From a virus, in IMG/VR virus record IMGVR_UViG_3300035701_000002: DNA of 64,000 nt; one strand, written 5' to 3'. A model generated the notes under the pieces. The model did not search any database. It saw nothing but the letters and a program-made list of their open reading frames with translations, and was not told the DNA's origin. Position numbers and translations under genes: made by a program. Positions 26,566 to 36,581 of the stretch are shown piece by piece (the stretch's first letter is position 1; each line of letters starts with the position of its first letter).

Positions 26566-28364
26566 TCCTCGTCCTTGTCGAACCGGTCGTCTTCCTTTTC
26601 GGTCATCTTCAGGCCTGCGGACTCGGCGATGCGCTTCAGGACGTCCGTCTTCTCGACCGCCTCGTCCCCGGCCTTCGCCAGGACGGTCTTGAGGAACTCG
26701 TTGAACGTCGAGTCGTTCGGCGTGAACATGTCCTTCTTGAGCTGGGAAAGGGCGTCGTCCGAGTCGATGTTCAGAAGATCGAGGATGAAGGAGATCGGCA
26801 GGGATCCCTTCTGGTACAGGTTGAACATGAAGTCCTGCAGCTCAGTGTTGTCGCGGAGCGCGAGGCGCGTAAACTGGAGCTTCGGATACAGAAGGACACG
26901 GTTGCCGAATTCGTCCTCCTCCCAGAATCCCTTCTTCTCCGCCACCGGGGCGAAGAGCTGATCCTCGACGAACTGGGCGATGCTCTCCCGGTAGAGGAGG
27001 TACATCGTGTTCATGACGTCGAGATGAATGCGCTCGCCGGAGTAGGAGGACTCGCCCGTGAGCATTGACTCCGTAATCCGGAGGCCGATGAACAAGAGCT
27101 TGTTGGTGATGTCGTATTCTGTCGAGAGGTCGAGGAGACGGTCACGCGAGCCGATCTCGTCCCAGTGGACCTCGAAGTTCGTGACGATGGAGAAGTCCGG
27201 ATCGATGAGCGCCTGGTCGATCTGATCCCGAAGGTTGTCGGTGTCCGGCTCGGACATCTTGTCCGCCCAGACAATGCGCTTCGGGGTCATCGCGCGGGAG
27301 GCGATGGACGTCTGGGCTTGACGGAGCTTGTCCTGATAGAGGAGAGTCCTCAGGCAGCGTTCGAGAAGAGAAATCCCGCGGTCGTCGTACGCCGACTTCT
27401 TGTGCGAAAGATGGTAGCAGAAGGACGAGCAGAGGAAGTCGTCGTACGGGTTCGTGTTGAGCGGAATCGGCTGGCCGTTCAGGAGCTGCTCACGGATCTG
27501 CTCCGGGATGTCCTCGGCGATGCGGGCGGCCTCCTGATCCCCCTGCTCCTGCGCCTTCATGACGACGATCCTGTCCTTCTCGGACGGGATGAGCTCCATC
27601 TTGACGCGGTTCGTGTACTGGAAGACCTCGAGCTTCACCTGCTCCGGAGGGAGGATCTGGAGGCGCTCCCATCCGCGGTAGTGGGAGGCAACGTACTCGC
27701 GGATCGCCTTGGCCTGCTCGCTCTCGGGCTTCGGCTCCCTCTTGCGCTCCACGCGCTTCCGGGCACGGCCGGCATAGTCCACCTCGGCGATCTCTTCCTC
27801 CTTGACGTCGGAAAGCATGTCCTCGTCGATGTCGGACGTGAGGTCATGATCCTCGCAGAAGATGAAGCAATTCCCGTGGAGCCAGTACTCATGCGTCGCG
27901 TCGTAGAGAGTCTGGAAGAGGCGGACCCTCTTGCACATCTGCTCATAGAAGTGCAAGATCTGCTTGTTCCGCCTCAGGTCCTTCCCCTTGGGGAGGGACA
28001 GACGGATCTTCGACATCGGCACGTCGGTGTGGAAGTCGATGGCCGCGCCGACGATCGGGTGCGTCGTGTACCAGAACCGGAAGAGCTCGCGCTTCTCGCG
28101 CTCGGACTGGGGGAGCTCGAGGAAGTCTGTGGAGAGCTGGGGGCTGTAGAAGGCGGAGTCGGCGTTGGCCGTGGCGCCGCCGCCGGCGTTCCCGAAGTTG
28201 CCGCCGAAGGCCGCAACGCGTATGGACTGGGCTTGCTCTCTGCGGGCAAGCTTCTCCAGCTTCGTCATGCGGTTCTTCGGACGAGCCTGTTCATCAACGC
28301 GGACGACAGGCAGGTCGTTCTTGACCTGCATAACCGGGCGTACGCCGACCTTCTTCTTAGTCAT
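26562..28364 (-). CDS. portal protein (600 aa)
   Basis: Size, acidic C-terminus, and position between the large terminase and the head genes. Confidence 0.6.
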   Translation of the reverse strand: MTKKKVGVRPVMQVKNDLPVVRVDEQARPKNRMTKLEKLARREQAQSIRVAAFGGNFGNAGGGATANADSAFYSPQLSTDFLELPQSEREKRELFRFWYTTHPIVGAAIDFHTDVPMSKIRLSLPKGKDLRRNKQILHFYEQMCKRVRLFQTLYDATHEYWLHGNCFIFCEDHDLTSDIDEDMLSDVKEEEIAEVDYAGRARKRVERKREPKPESEQAKAIREYVASHYRGWERLQILPPEQVKLEVFQYTNRVKMELIPSEKDRIVVMKAQEQGDQEAARIAEDIPEQIREQLLNGQPIPLNTNPYDDFLCSSFCYHLSHKKSAYDDRGISLLERCLRTLLYQDKLRQAQTSIASRAMTPKRIVWADKMSEPDTDNLRDQIDQALIDPDFSIVTNFEVHWDEIGSRDRLLDLSTEYDITNKLLFIGLRITESMLTGESSYSGERIHLDVMNTMYLLYRESIAQFVEDQLFAPVAEKKGFWEEDEFGNRVLLYPKLQFTRLALRDNTELQDFMFNLYQKGSLPISFILDLLNIDSDDALSQLKKDMFTPNDSTFNEFLKTVLAKAGDEAVEKTDVLKRIAESAGLKMTEKEDDRFDKDEE

Positions 28365-28395
28365 GGCTGCTCACGCTGCTCCGTCAAAAGCCGAA

Positions 28396-28764
28396 TCACC
28401 GGAGTAGGCCCGGATCGGCGATGAGGACTTCGGCCTCCCCGAGGCCCTGAGAGGCGACCCTCCTGGACGAGGCGGACGACCTGACGGAGTCGACGGCCCT
28501 GGAGATGGAGGCCTGAAGAATCGGGACGCCGAGGCGCCTCGAAAGGCGTACGGCCCTGTTGGAGGGGACGGACTCGGAGACGCGGCTAAGCCGATCCACG
28601 AGCTTCTGGGCCTCGAGGAGCGCCGGGAGGGCGGACTCGAGAGCCTCGAGGGCAGCCCGATGGAGGCCCATGGCCTCCTCAAGGCTCTCCCGGCGCTCCC
28701 GGAGCTCGGACTCGGAGAGCTTCGGGATGGGCACGACGGCGGGGGCCTGACCGACTATGGGCAT
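28396..28764 (-). CDS. hypothetical protein (122 aa)
   Basis: Helical ORF with normal composition. Confidence 0.4.
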   Translation of the reverse strand: MPIVGQAPAVVPIPKLSESELRERRESLEEAMGLHRAALEALESALPALLEAQKLVDRLSRVSESVPSNRAVRLSRRLGVPILQASISRAVDSVRSSASSRRVASQGLGEAEVLIADPGLLR

Positions 28765-28772
28765 GCGGTACC

Positions 28773-29042
28773 CTACTCTCCAGGAGGTCCAAAGGCTACC
28801 CTGAAGGCGATCTTCTTGAGCCTCCGGGCTTGGACGAAATCCTCGAGGACATCCTCGAGGACCTTGACTGAGGCCATGTCGCCGGCCATCAGGCTCTCCC
28901 AGGAGCCGCCGCCCTCCCGGAAGCTCCGGTATACGGAGACAAAGTCTTTCCCGGACGTCTTCTCGTCAGGCCCATAGATATGATCCATGACCTGGCGAAC
29001 AATCCGGTAGGCAGTCGTGTCCTTTACGCCGGCGCCTTCCAT
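28773..29042 (-). CDS. hypothetical protein (89 aa; alternative start at MDHIY) containing internal RIVRQVMDH motif
   Basis: ORF with normal composition. The DNA motif cgccaggtcATGgat carries a candidate start codon. Confidence 0.4.
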   Translation of the reverse strand: MEGAGVKDTTAYRIVRQVMDHIYGPDEKTSGKDFVSVYRSFREGGGSWESLMAGDMASVKVLEDVLEDFVQARRLKKIAFRVAFGPPGE

Positions 29043-29076
29043 CAGGACGAACGCGGGATAGCAGGCCTAGCGGCCG

Positions 29077-29310
29077 TCAGGACTCTTGAACGTGCTGGAC
29101 GTAAACGTCGGCGCACGTCAGGCCTTTCTCCCCGGGGGCGGGACCGCTAACCCCTCGCTTCTGGGAGAAGGGCTTGGGGAGAACCACGAGCATGTGGGCG
29201 GGAGGCTGAACCTTGCTGATGCGGACGCACTGGCAGCGAGAGCACACCCAGGTCGTGTCCTTGGTCGGAAAGGGCCTAGTCCAATCGTGATCCGCGGGCC
29301 GGAGACTCAA
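29077..29310 (-). CDS. small zinc-ribbon protein (77 aa), HDW/CxxC paralog, tail VQHVQES
   Basis: ...ADHDWTRPFPTKDTTWVCSRCQC...LTC...VYVQHVQES*. Confidence 0.5.
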   Translation of the reverse strand: MSLRPADHDWTRPFPTKDTTWVCSRCQCVRISKVQPPAHMLVVLPKPFSQKRGVSGPAPGEKGLTCADVYVQHVQES

Positions 29311-31253
29311 CGACCCCTCCCGCGGGGGGCGGACCTTATCGACGTGCCGCCGATACCGGCGTGAAGCCTGTTCCGCATCCTGTGGAACTGGTTATATCCG
29401 TAGCGCGGGGAGTGCGTGGAGGACTGGGCGACGTGTCCGCGGGAGGAAGCCTCAAGAATCCCCGGGTTCTCTCGTATGTACTCGCTGGCCAGTAGGACGG
29501 ACCGAGCGAGCGCGTCCGACTGGTCGTCGTGCTTCCCGACGACCTTCGGGGCCTCGACGATGACTATGTTCTTGCCCGCAGAGGTCGCCTGGAGCTCCAG
29601 AAGCTCGGCAATGAGAGGGGAGTGGCGAGTCCCGGCCCCGTCCTGCGAACCGGCGGGTATCGGCCAGTCGTATATGGCCAGCTGGCGGTTGAACATCATC
29701 ATCTTCAGCGTCTGGTACATCTGAGACGAGTCCGAGGCGAAGAAGTTCCGCATCTCGAACTGGCGAAGCTGGCGCTTATGGAGGACCTGCTCGAACACAG
29801 GACCGGCCCACTGGTCGAAGACGCCCTTGTGTATGTAGAAGAGCTTGGAGAGGGCGAGGAACCACCCGGCCATCTCGTCAATGTCGAGCCTCTGGGTGTC
29901 CTGAAGGTTCAGGGCGTAGGGGACGAGCGGTGCGGAAAGGTGCGGATTCGACTCCTTCCAGCTCCTCTTCGGATACCAGACCTCGTGGTACGCCAGCTTT
30001 ATCTTCCCGTCACTGAGGTGGGTCAGGGCGATCGAGGTTCCGTCGTTCGAAAGACCAAAGTCGACCCCGGCCCAGTGCGGGTCCCTCGGAAGACCGCGGA
30101 CGGCGGGACGCATCTCCGGGACAATGCAGTCGGACAGGTCCTTCCAGTCCTCGATCCAGCCACGGACGCGGTCCGAAAACTCGGCTCCATGCTCCGTCAT
30201 GAAGGACTTCGGATCTTTGGCGTACTCGGTCTCGTAGTACTCACTAGAGAGAGTCGGGTTGACCTCCCAAGTCGGGGCTTGGATGACCAACATGGACTCG
30301 GAGGCCTTGTCCATGGACATGGCCATCTGGTACATGCGGTACAAAAAACCCTCCCGGGCATCCGGGGAAGAGATCAGGATCATGCGGCCCTCGGACGGGC
30401 CGACGGGCTTATGCTTGTTCTTCGGGTCCTTCGGGGAGAACTGGGCGAGGGACGGAAATATGGCCTTATAGACGCGCTCGGCCGAGCTCTTCCCGTCGTC
30501 CACGAAGAACGCGATCTCGTCGAGGATGGCGCAGATGATGCCGCGCCCGCGCAGGCCCTTGGCGATGGAGCTCTTGAACGTGGCCGTTACCGAGGCCTTC
30601 CCGTTGTCCCCGAACTTCTTCCGGTCGCCCTCGGTGCGAAAGCGGACGTACGTCTGAGTCGTGTTGGCGATGCTGTTCTTGAAATAGTCGACGGCCTCGA
30701 CGTGCGACTGCATGTCGCCGTAGACGATGGACGCCTGCTCTTTGTCGTTCGCGATGCAGAGAACGCGGATTTCGGAGCCCGGTATAAGGCCGTAGAACGA
30801 CTGGGGGGAGCCACGACGAAGAAGCTTGTAGAGCTCGTACGAGGCGAAGATGGCGGACAGGGCGCTCTTCCCGGACCTGCGTCCAAGGACCAGGATGAGC
30901 TCCCGGCGATGCTTCCCGTCCTGCTCCCTGACGTTGCAGCGTCCATGGTCGTACAGATACCTGAGGTACTCGGCCTCCGTGAACTCATGGAGGACTTTCT
31001 CGCCGAACCTGTCAGTGATCCGGATGGACTTGTCGACGTCGTCGAGCAGTATGTTATAGTATAGCTTGACGATGAAGCGCTGTACGGGGTAAAGACCGTA
31101 CGGGAGGAGCTTGAACTTATCGATGAACTCGATGATCGTCAGGAACTCGGTGTCCCCGTCGGAACCGCCGCTCTTCGCCTGGCGCTTCTCGTCTATGAAA
31201 GAGGTTATCTCGCTGACGAGAGTCGGTCTGAACACGGGCTCGCGTATGGGCAT
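29307..31253 (-). CDS. terminase large subunit
   Basis: Walker A LVLGRRSGKS and Walker B ICAILDEIAFF. 648 aa with a C-terminal nuclease-sized domain. Confidence 0.85.
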   Translation of the reverse strand: MPIREPVFRPTLVSEITSFIDEKRQAKSGGSDGDTEFLTIIEFIDKFKLLPYGLYPVQRFIVKLYYNILLDDVDKSIRITDRFGEKVLHEFTEAEYLRYLYDHGRCNVREQDGKHRRELILVLGRRSGKSALSAIFASYELYKLLRRGSPQSFYGLIPGSEIRVLCIANDKEQASIVYGDMQSHVEAVDYFKNSIANTTQTYVRFRTEGDRKKFGDNGKASVTATFKSSIAKGLRGRGIICAILDEIAFFVDDGKSSAERVYKAIFPSLAQFSPKDPKNKHKPVGPSEGRMILISSPDAREGFLYRMYQMAMSMDKASESMLVIQAPTWEVNPTLSSEYYETEYAKDPKSFMTEHGAEFSDRVRGWIEDWKDLSDCIVPEMRPAVRGLPRDPHWAGVDFGLSNDGTSIALTHLSDGKIKLAYHEVWYPKRSWKESNPHLSAPLVPYALNLQDTQRLDIDEMAGWFLALSKLFYIHKGVFDQWAGPVFEQVLHKRQLRQFEMRNFFASDSSQMYQTLKMMMFNRQLAIYDWPIPAGSQDGAGTRHSPLIAELLELQATSAGKNIVIVEAPKVVGKHDDQSDALARSVLLASEYIRENPGILEASSRGHVAQSSTHSPRYGYNQFHRMRNRLHAGIGGTSIRSAPRGRGR

Positions 31254-31257
31254 GATG

Positions 31258-31842
31258 CTAACCGATGTCCACGAGCTTCTTCTCCCAGTCGGCCATATCG
31301 GCCTCCATCTGCTTGAAGATCGTGTCGATGGTGCTGTCGTCGATGGACACCTTGGTCATGGACTCGTAGAGGAACTCCATCCAGAGCCTCAGGACCTTCT
31401 TGAACTCGGGCCCCTTGAGGTCAAGCCTCTCCGCCCGAGCATTCTCCTGGCGCTTCAGGAGGACGTCCGCCAGCTGCCTGAGGGAGGCGATCCTCGAGAT
31501 CGTGTAGTTCGCGGTGTTCTTTCCGTCGAGCGTGGCCTTCCGGCGCTCATACTTCAGGTGCGCGAGCTCCTCCGTGATCTCCTTGAGGACGAGATCCACG
31601 ACCTCTGAGGCCGGGGCTTTCTGGTCGATGGCCTGGACGAGCTCCTGCCTCTTGACATAGGCCTCTCGATCCCTGACATCCTTGTCTATGTCCTTGGGGT
31701 CGATGACCTCCGGAGTCGGAACTTGGCCGCTCTGACCGACGACGTACGGAACTCCGAGCTCGTCGGACGTCATGGACTTACCTCCCGGGAAGGTCAGAAC
31801 GACACCGTTCTTCTTGTCGTCTGTAGGAGGAGACTCGTCCAT
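31258..31842 (-). CDS. putative terminase small subunit (positional), 194 aa
   Basis: Helical protein immediately upstream of the large terminase and co-oriented with it. Confidence 0.4.
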   Translation of the reverse strand: MDESPPTDDKKNGVVLTFPGGKSMTSDELGVPYVVGQSGQVPTPEVIDPKDIDKDVRDREAYVKRQELVQAIDQKAPASEVVDLVLKEITEELAHLKYERRKATLDGKNTANYTISRIASLRQLADVLLKRQENARAERLDLKGPEFKKVLRLWMEFLYESMTKVSIDDSTIDTIFKQMEADMADWEKKLVDIG

Positions 31843-31939
31843 GGAGGACCGTACCCGGGCCGGACTCGCGTGCCTTCTGCGTCCTCGTTGACCCAGGACG
31901 TCAGGACCGTAGGAGGTTCTTCAGGGAAGCCCCTGAGGT

Positions 31940-33922
31940 TTATTCGTCCAGGGAGGGTCCCGAGATCTCCACAGAGATTGCCCTGGACTTCGAGCCGGAC
32001 AAGTCGACGGAGATCTCCCCCGCCAGCTCGTACTTTTCGACGGGGTTCTCGAACGGACCCTGGACCACGGGGAGGACTCTCCGGGCGGAGGCAACCCTGT
32101 CACGGACCTGGGTCGGGACCTGCCGGATCATGCCCTTGGCGAACTTCGAGCACCACCCCGGATGGGTCTGGAGGACGCACCCGGTGCACCCGGACGAGGC
32201 GAGGACGTACTGGGCGCCCCTCTTCCGGAAGTGCTTCGCGCCGTCGTCGCACCCGCGGCCGTAGTCCCGGTACGCGGTCGGATCGACGAAGTAGTGGCCT
32301 TGGACGCCGTCGTCCGCGGACGCGCGCCTGCCGACCTCGGGGACCTGCATCAGGTCCTCCCTCGAGTACCTCTGGAGAATCGCAGCCTGGAGAGACTTCC
32401 CCGACAGGCCCGTGTTCATGAGGTGGGAGATCGTCTTGCGAACCTCCTCCGGGTCCATCTCGGCCTTGGTAAGCTCCGATCCGGAAGCGCCGTTGAAGGC
32501 GGTCTGCTTGTGGCCGGTGTACGGGCTCTGCTGGACCTTCTGAGGCTGGTACAGGTTCACCTGGGCCACGATGTACTGCCAGTTCGTGGAGAGGTTCGAG
32601 GACACCTTCTCGAAAGCCGACTTCGCCTGATCAGGCTTGATCCTCTTCTGGAGGACGGCCCTCTGGAGGGCCGTCGCGAGCTCGGAACGGCCGACTGTCG
32701 GGACGTCGCGGACGAGCTTGGAGGCAGAACGGAGCTCGGAGCAAGCGCCGTCCGAGACGTCCTTGCACGAGGGGCACGAGGAGGCCCTTCGGACGACGAA
32801 GTCCGGTCCGGAGGAAGAGGATCCGCCGGAGGACGCCATGGAGCGAACGAGCTCGAGGGTGTTCCGGCAACCGCCGAGAGCGTCGGAGTCGAGGTACGTA
32901 TGGCCGATGATTCCGCACTGGGAGGCGAGACGGACGAGCTCCGGGGATCCGGACGCCGCAAGGATGTGAGAGTCGTCGTGCCCCTGCATCATGCGCCGGG
33001 CATACTTCATGTATGCGACGGACGGCATTCCGGCGACGGCCGGAGTGGCGAAGCGGCGCTCCCAGAAAGACTCGACCTCGGACGCGGTGACGGACGGCTT
33101 CGCGGCCTGGCGCTGGGTCCTTGCGACCTTTACGCCGTCCGGGTCCCTGGAGGCCGGGGACTTCAGGAAGGCGGCACGAATGCGCTCCTTCCATGACTCG
33201 GGGCTGTTCGACGAAGCCTCGGTGGCGAGAGGAAACTTGAGCGGGCGCTTCTCCGCGGCGAGGCGCGGGGCGTACGAGGCGGCGAGCTGGGCCGTGTAAG
33301 GGACATCGTCCACGACTCGCTTGTTGCCGAACGTGGAGCACATCCCGGTCTCATGGCAGCTGCATCCGTTCTTGCCGCCGCAACCGCCGATGACGAAGGT
33401 CGCGCCCTTGGCGAAGGCGGCGACGAACTTCTTCTCCTTCGGATCGCGGTGGGCGTTCGGAAAGTGGTCGGCATCGACGTACACGTTCCCGATAAGGCCG
33501 CGCTCGGAGAGGACCTCACGGATGGCGTCCCCGGCAATCCTGATGTCGCCGGGGGCGAACTCGAGGCGGATCCTCTTCTCGATGTCCGATGCGGGGAGGC
33601 CGGCCATGACCATGGCGGCGACCCTGTTGCGGATCGGGGCCGTCATGTCGACGGCCGAGGTCTGGCCGCTGTTCTCGAGAGGGTTCCGGTTGACGATCGT
33701 GTGGGGCCTCATCGGGATGATGTGCGGAATTCCGTCATCCTCGCGGAGAGCGTTCACGAGCTCCGGGATGATGTCGAGGTTCTGCTTCGGGAGGGCCTCG
33801 GCCGCGCGGTAGTCATCCTCGTCCACGGACAGCCACGACAGGTCCATGACGTTCTGGTTGTGGAGCAAGTTCGTGATGTCGCCGAGCCCCTCGTGGGCCA
33901 GGTCGGGAAGCTTCTTACTCAT
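31940..33922 (-). CDS. large Cys-repeat protein (about 660 aa) with three C-x2-C...G-x-C-S-x-[FL] units
   Basis: Repeat units GGCGGKNGCSCHETGMCSTF, SSCPSCKDVSDGACSEL and SGCTGCVLQTHPGWCSKF. Start placed at Met MSKKLPDL. Confidence 0.55.
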   Translation of the reverse strand: MSKKLPDLAHEGLGDITNLLHNQNVMDLSWLSVDEDDYRAAEALPKQNLDIIPELVNALREDDGIPHIIPMRPHTIVNRNPLENSGQTSAVDMTAPIRNRVAAMVMAGLPASDIEKRIRLEFAPGDIRIAGDAIREVLSERGLIGNVYVDADHFPNAHRDPKEKKFVAAFAKGATFVIGGCGGKNGCSCHETGMCSTFGNKRVVDDVPYTAQLAASYAPRLAAEKRPLKFPLATEASSNSPESWKERIRAAFLKSPASRDPDGVKVARTQRQAAKPSVTASEVESFWERRFATPAVAGMPSVAYMKYARRMMQGHDDSHILAASGSPELVRLASQCGIIGHTYLDSDALGGCRNTLELVRSMASSGGSSSSGPDFVVRRASSCPSCKDVSDGACSELRSASKLVRDVPTVGRSELATALQRAVLQKRIKPDQAKSAFEKVSSNLSTNWQYIVAQVNLYQPQKVQQSPYTGHKQTAFNGASGSELTKAEMDPEEVRKTISHLMNTGLSGKSLQAAILQRYSREDLMQVPEVGRRASADDGVQGHYFVDPTAYRDYGRGCDDGAKHFRKRGAQYVLASSGCTGCVLQTHPGWCSKFAKGMIRQVPTQVRDRVASARRVLPVVQGPFENPVEKYELAGEISVDLSGSKSRAISVEISGPSLDE

Positions 33923-34995
33923 TTGCGAGCCTCGATCCTCTCCAGGTCGGCCATGACCCTGGCCAGATCCGCCGCGCACCGCCTGTACACGGACGATACC
34001 CCGGGGTTCGTGATGTGGTCGATCTCGAGCTGGATGAGCCGGTCGCGGACGGAGGCGAGACGGGGGGCCCCGGATGCCTTCTTGGCGACGGGAAACTCGT
34101 CGAGGACGTCCTTGACGTAAACCTCATGACTGAGCTTGAGGCACCGGATGATGTCCGACGACAGGAACTGCGGCTCTCCCTTCTTCTGGAGAAAGGATAG
34201 GACGTGACGCTTCGTCAGCCCCTTCTTCCCGAACTCCTTGAGGAAGTCGGAGGTGAGGCCGTTGACGAGGTTGATGTTCGTGGCGGTGCGCTTCATATCG
34301 TTACCCCTGGACGCGATGACCCTTCCGCCGTCCTGAAGATCGCTTCTATCAAAGTCTACGTTCTCGGAGAAGTCCGTAGTCGGGAACCCCTGGCGGCCGG
34401 ATATGTCCTCGACCTCGTACCCGGACTGCCAGTTCCCGAGGGACTGAAGCCCGTTGTCCAGAACTTCCTCGTTCTTCATCACACCCGGAAGGGACGTCTC
34501 CGAGGTGATCTCCTGGCTGACGTAGGCCCCGGAGTCCTCCTTCGGCCAGGTGTCGCCAGTCCCGCCGGTGACCGTCTTGTCGTAGTAGTCAGAGCGGGCG
34601 GAGGGGTTCCCGGAGTCCGACGGGAGCTCCGACAGGGCGGACTTGTCCGCACGGCCGCCCTTAGAGACGGATCTGACGCGAGAGTCAAGAGAGGACATGT
34701 CGGGGTGAGCGTGGGTGACGTCGCGATCGGACTCTCCCGGAAGGTCCGCCGCCGCGAACACGCCGGTCCACCAGGAGCCTGTCCTCATGTCGGGATCGTC
34801 CGGATAGCTCAGGAGCCTGTCGGGGCTGAAGACGTCCGGAGGGCCGCCGTCGGGCAGGTTCTTCCCTGCGGGCTCCTTGACGTTGGAGTCCTCCCCGTGG
34901 TTCCCGGAGGCGTCGCTCTGGGAGTCGTACGTGCCGATGCCGAAGGTGTCCACGGCCTTGTCGACGGCGTTGTCCGTAGGGAGGGCGGCGGGCAT
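33919..34995 (-). CDS. hypothetical protein (358 aa)
   Basis: Internal Met MPAALPTDN of ORF 33919..35334; the N-terminal Arg-rich stretch is rejected. Confidence 0.5.
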   Translation of the reverse strand: MPAALPTDNAVDKAVDTFGIGTYDSQSDASGNHGEDSNVKEPAGKNLPDGGPPDVFSPDRLLSYPDDPDMRTGSWWTGVFAAADLPGESDRDVTHAHPDMSSLDSRVRSVSKGGRADKSALSELPSDSGNPSARSDYYDKTVTGGTGDTWPKEDSGAYVSQEITSETSLPGVMKNEEVLDNGLQSLGNWQSGYEVEDISGRQGFPTTDFSENVDFDRSDLQDGGRVIASRGNDMKRTATNINLVNGLTSDFLKEFGKKGLTKRHVLSFLQKKGEPQFLSSDIIRCLKLSHEVYVKDVLDEFPVAKKASGAPRLASVRDRLIQLEIDHITNPGVSSVYRRCAADLARVMADLERIEARK

Positions 34996-36281
34996 CAGAA
35001 GTCGGCGTCCCAGAGAAATGTCGTGTCGCGCTTGGCCTGCTGCGGACCGAGGCCGGGAGGGGGCTCGGGGGCGGCATGAGCCTTCATCCAGTCGACGTCC
35101 TCTGCGGTGAGCCCGCGGGCATAGTAGTCGAGGTTCTTGTCGTTGGAGCACCCGGGGAGCCATGAATAGGTCTGCCCGGCGGCGACTCTCGAGGAGATCT
35201 TCAGGACGCTCGAGTCCCCGTCGGTCGGGTTGTCGTATCCCGTCACGCCGTCCACGGTCCAGTCCTCGAGGAGCTGCTTGGACTCGTTCGTACCGCTCGA
35301 AAGGCCCTCCCCGGTCGGATCGTCCGACGGCCACACGTTCTCGTCATTGAAGTGCCCGGCTTCGTTCCCCTCGGCCGGACCGATGTGGTCGACCCTGGGG
35401 GTGAGCCCGCCGGTCGGAAGGGACGCGTCGGCGGTCCGAGACCTGGCCTTGTGCCTGCGAAGGATACGGCCGACGGCGGAGGCGTAGTTTCCTCCCGCAG
35501 GGGTCGTCGTGTTCATGACCATCTCGGGGACGGTCTTCCCCTGCTCTTGATCCCCGGTCCCGCCCGGGAGCTGAGACCCGACGTCGCCGCCCGCAGGTTC
35601 CTTTTCCTTACGCCGGCGGATCTTCTCTTCGACGATCGCGGTGTCGGTGTAGGAGGCGAATTGGTGTTGGGCCTCTTCGTTTTCGTCTTCGGACTCGTCG
35701 TCCTCGGACTCGTCGTCCTCGGACTCGTCGTCCTCGACGAGAGGGTTGAAGTCCTCCGGATCGGGGTTCTGGACGGGCTCGTTGAAGCCGTCCTCGCCGC
35801 TATCCGCGCGGAATTCGCTCTCCACGAAGGCTTCCGGGTTCTGCTTGACGTCCTCAGCGCCGTCGACGATGTCGGAGACCTGATCCTCGGCGCCGCTCGC
35901 AGACCAGTGGTCCGCGTTCACTTCATCGTGGACCGTGTCGGTGAACGACGAGAGAGTCTCGACGATGGATCCGAGACCGTTCCGCATCTCCTTGACGGAC
36001 TGAATGTATCCGCGACCGCCCAAGAGACCGTCCGGACTGAACTGGGAGGACGGCATCTTGGAGAAGAGCCTGTAGGCCGCGAGCGCATAGCTGTGCGACC
36101 TCTGGGCGGCCCAGAGGATCTTGGCAAGGTTCCGTGCGGAGTCCGGAGTCCACTCGAAGCCCTTGACGCGTATGTCGCGCCGTATCGGGCCGGTGTCCTT
36201 GACGAACTCGATCTTGCCGGCAGTCCTCAGGCGTCCGGAGGCGACGCGGGCGGCGATCTTGTCGAGGTCCCTGTCGTCCAT
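34995..36281 (-). CDS. hypothetical acidic protein (428 aa) with (DDESE)n tract
   Basis: ORF with normal composition containing DDESEDDESEDDESEDENEE. Confidence 0.55.
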   Translation of the reverse strand: MDDRDLDKIAARVASGRLRTAGKIEFVKDTGPIRRDIRVKGFEWTPDSARNLAKILWAAQRSHSYALAAYRLFSKMPSSQFSPDGLLGGRGYIQSVKEMRNGLGSIVETLSSFTDTVHDEVNADHWSASGAEDQVSDIVDGAEDVKQNPEAFVESEFRADSGEDGFNEPVQNPDPEDFNPLVEDDESEDDESEDDESEDENEEAQHQFASYTDTAIVEEKIRRRKEKEPAGGDVGSQLPGGTGDQEQGKTVPEMVMNTTTPAGGNYASAVGRILRRHKARSRTADASLPTGGLTPRVDHIGPAEGNEAGHFNDENVWPSDDPTGEGLSSGTNESKQLLEDWTVDGVTGYDNPTDGDSSVLKISSRVAAGQTYSWLPGCSNDKNLDYYARGLTAEDVDWMKAHAAPEPPPGLGPQQAKRDTTFLWDADF

Positions 36282-36283
36282 GT

Positions 36284-36547
36284 TCAGCCCTTCACAGGTC
36301 CACTGTCGTCGTCGACCAGGCGTTCGATGAAGAACCCTTCGTCGTCCTGGCCGAGCTTCCAGAAGTCCTTCTGGGAGAGATGGACGAGCCGGTCCTCCGC
36401 CAAAAGCTGGAAGCCTGCAAGCTGGTGGAGGCTCGCGACGCGGACACGTCCGGTCGTGGCAACAGCCTGCCTGAACTTCCCTTCCTGGAAGAAGTCGTCG
36501 ACGGAGCTCGACGAAAACCGAATATCTTCAATCTTGGGTCCAGGCAT
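36284..36547 (-). CDS. hypothetical protein (87 aa)
   Basis: ORF with normal composition. Confidence 0.4.
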   Translation of the reverse strand: MPGPKIEDIRFSSSSVDDFFQEGKFRQAVATTGRVRVASLHQLAGFQLLAEDRLVHLSQKDFWKLGQDDEGFFIERLVDDDSGPVKG

Positions 36548-36581
36548 GTCTCACCCTTTGCCACGGGACCCGATAGAGAGC

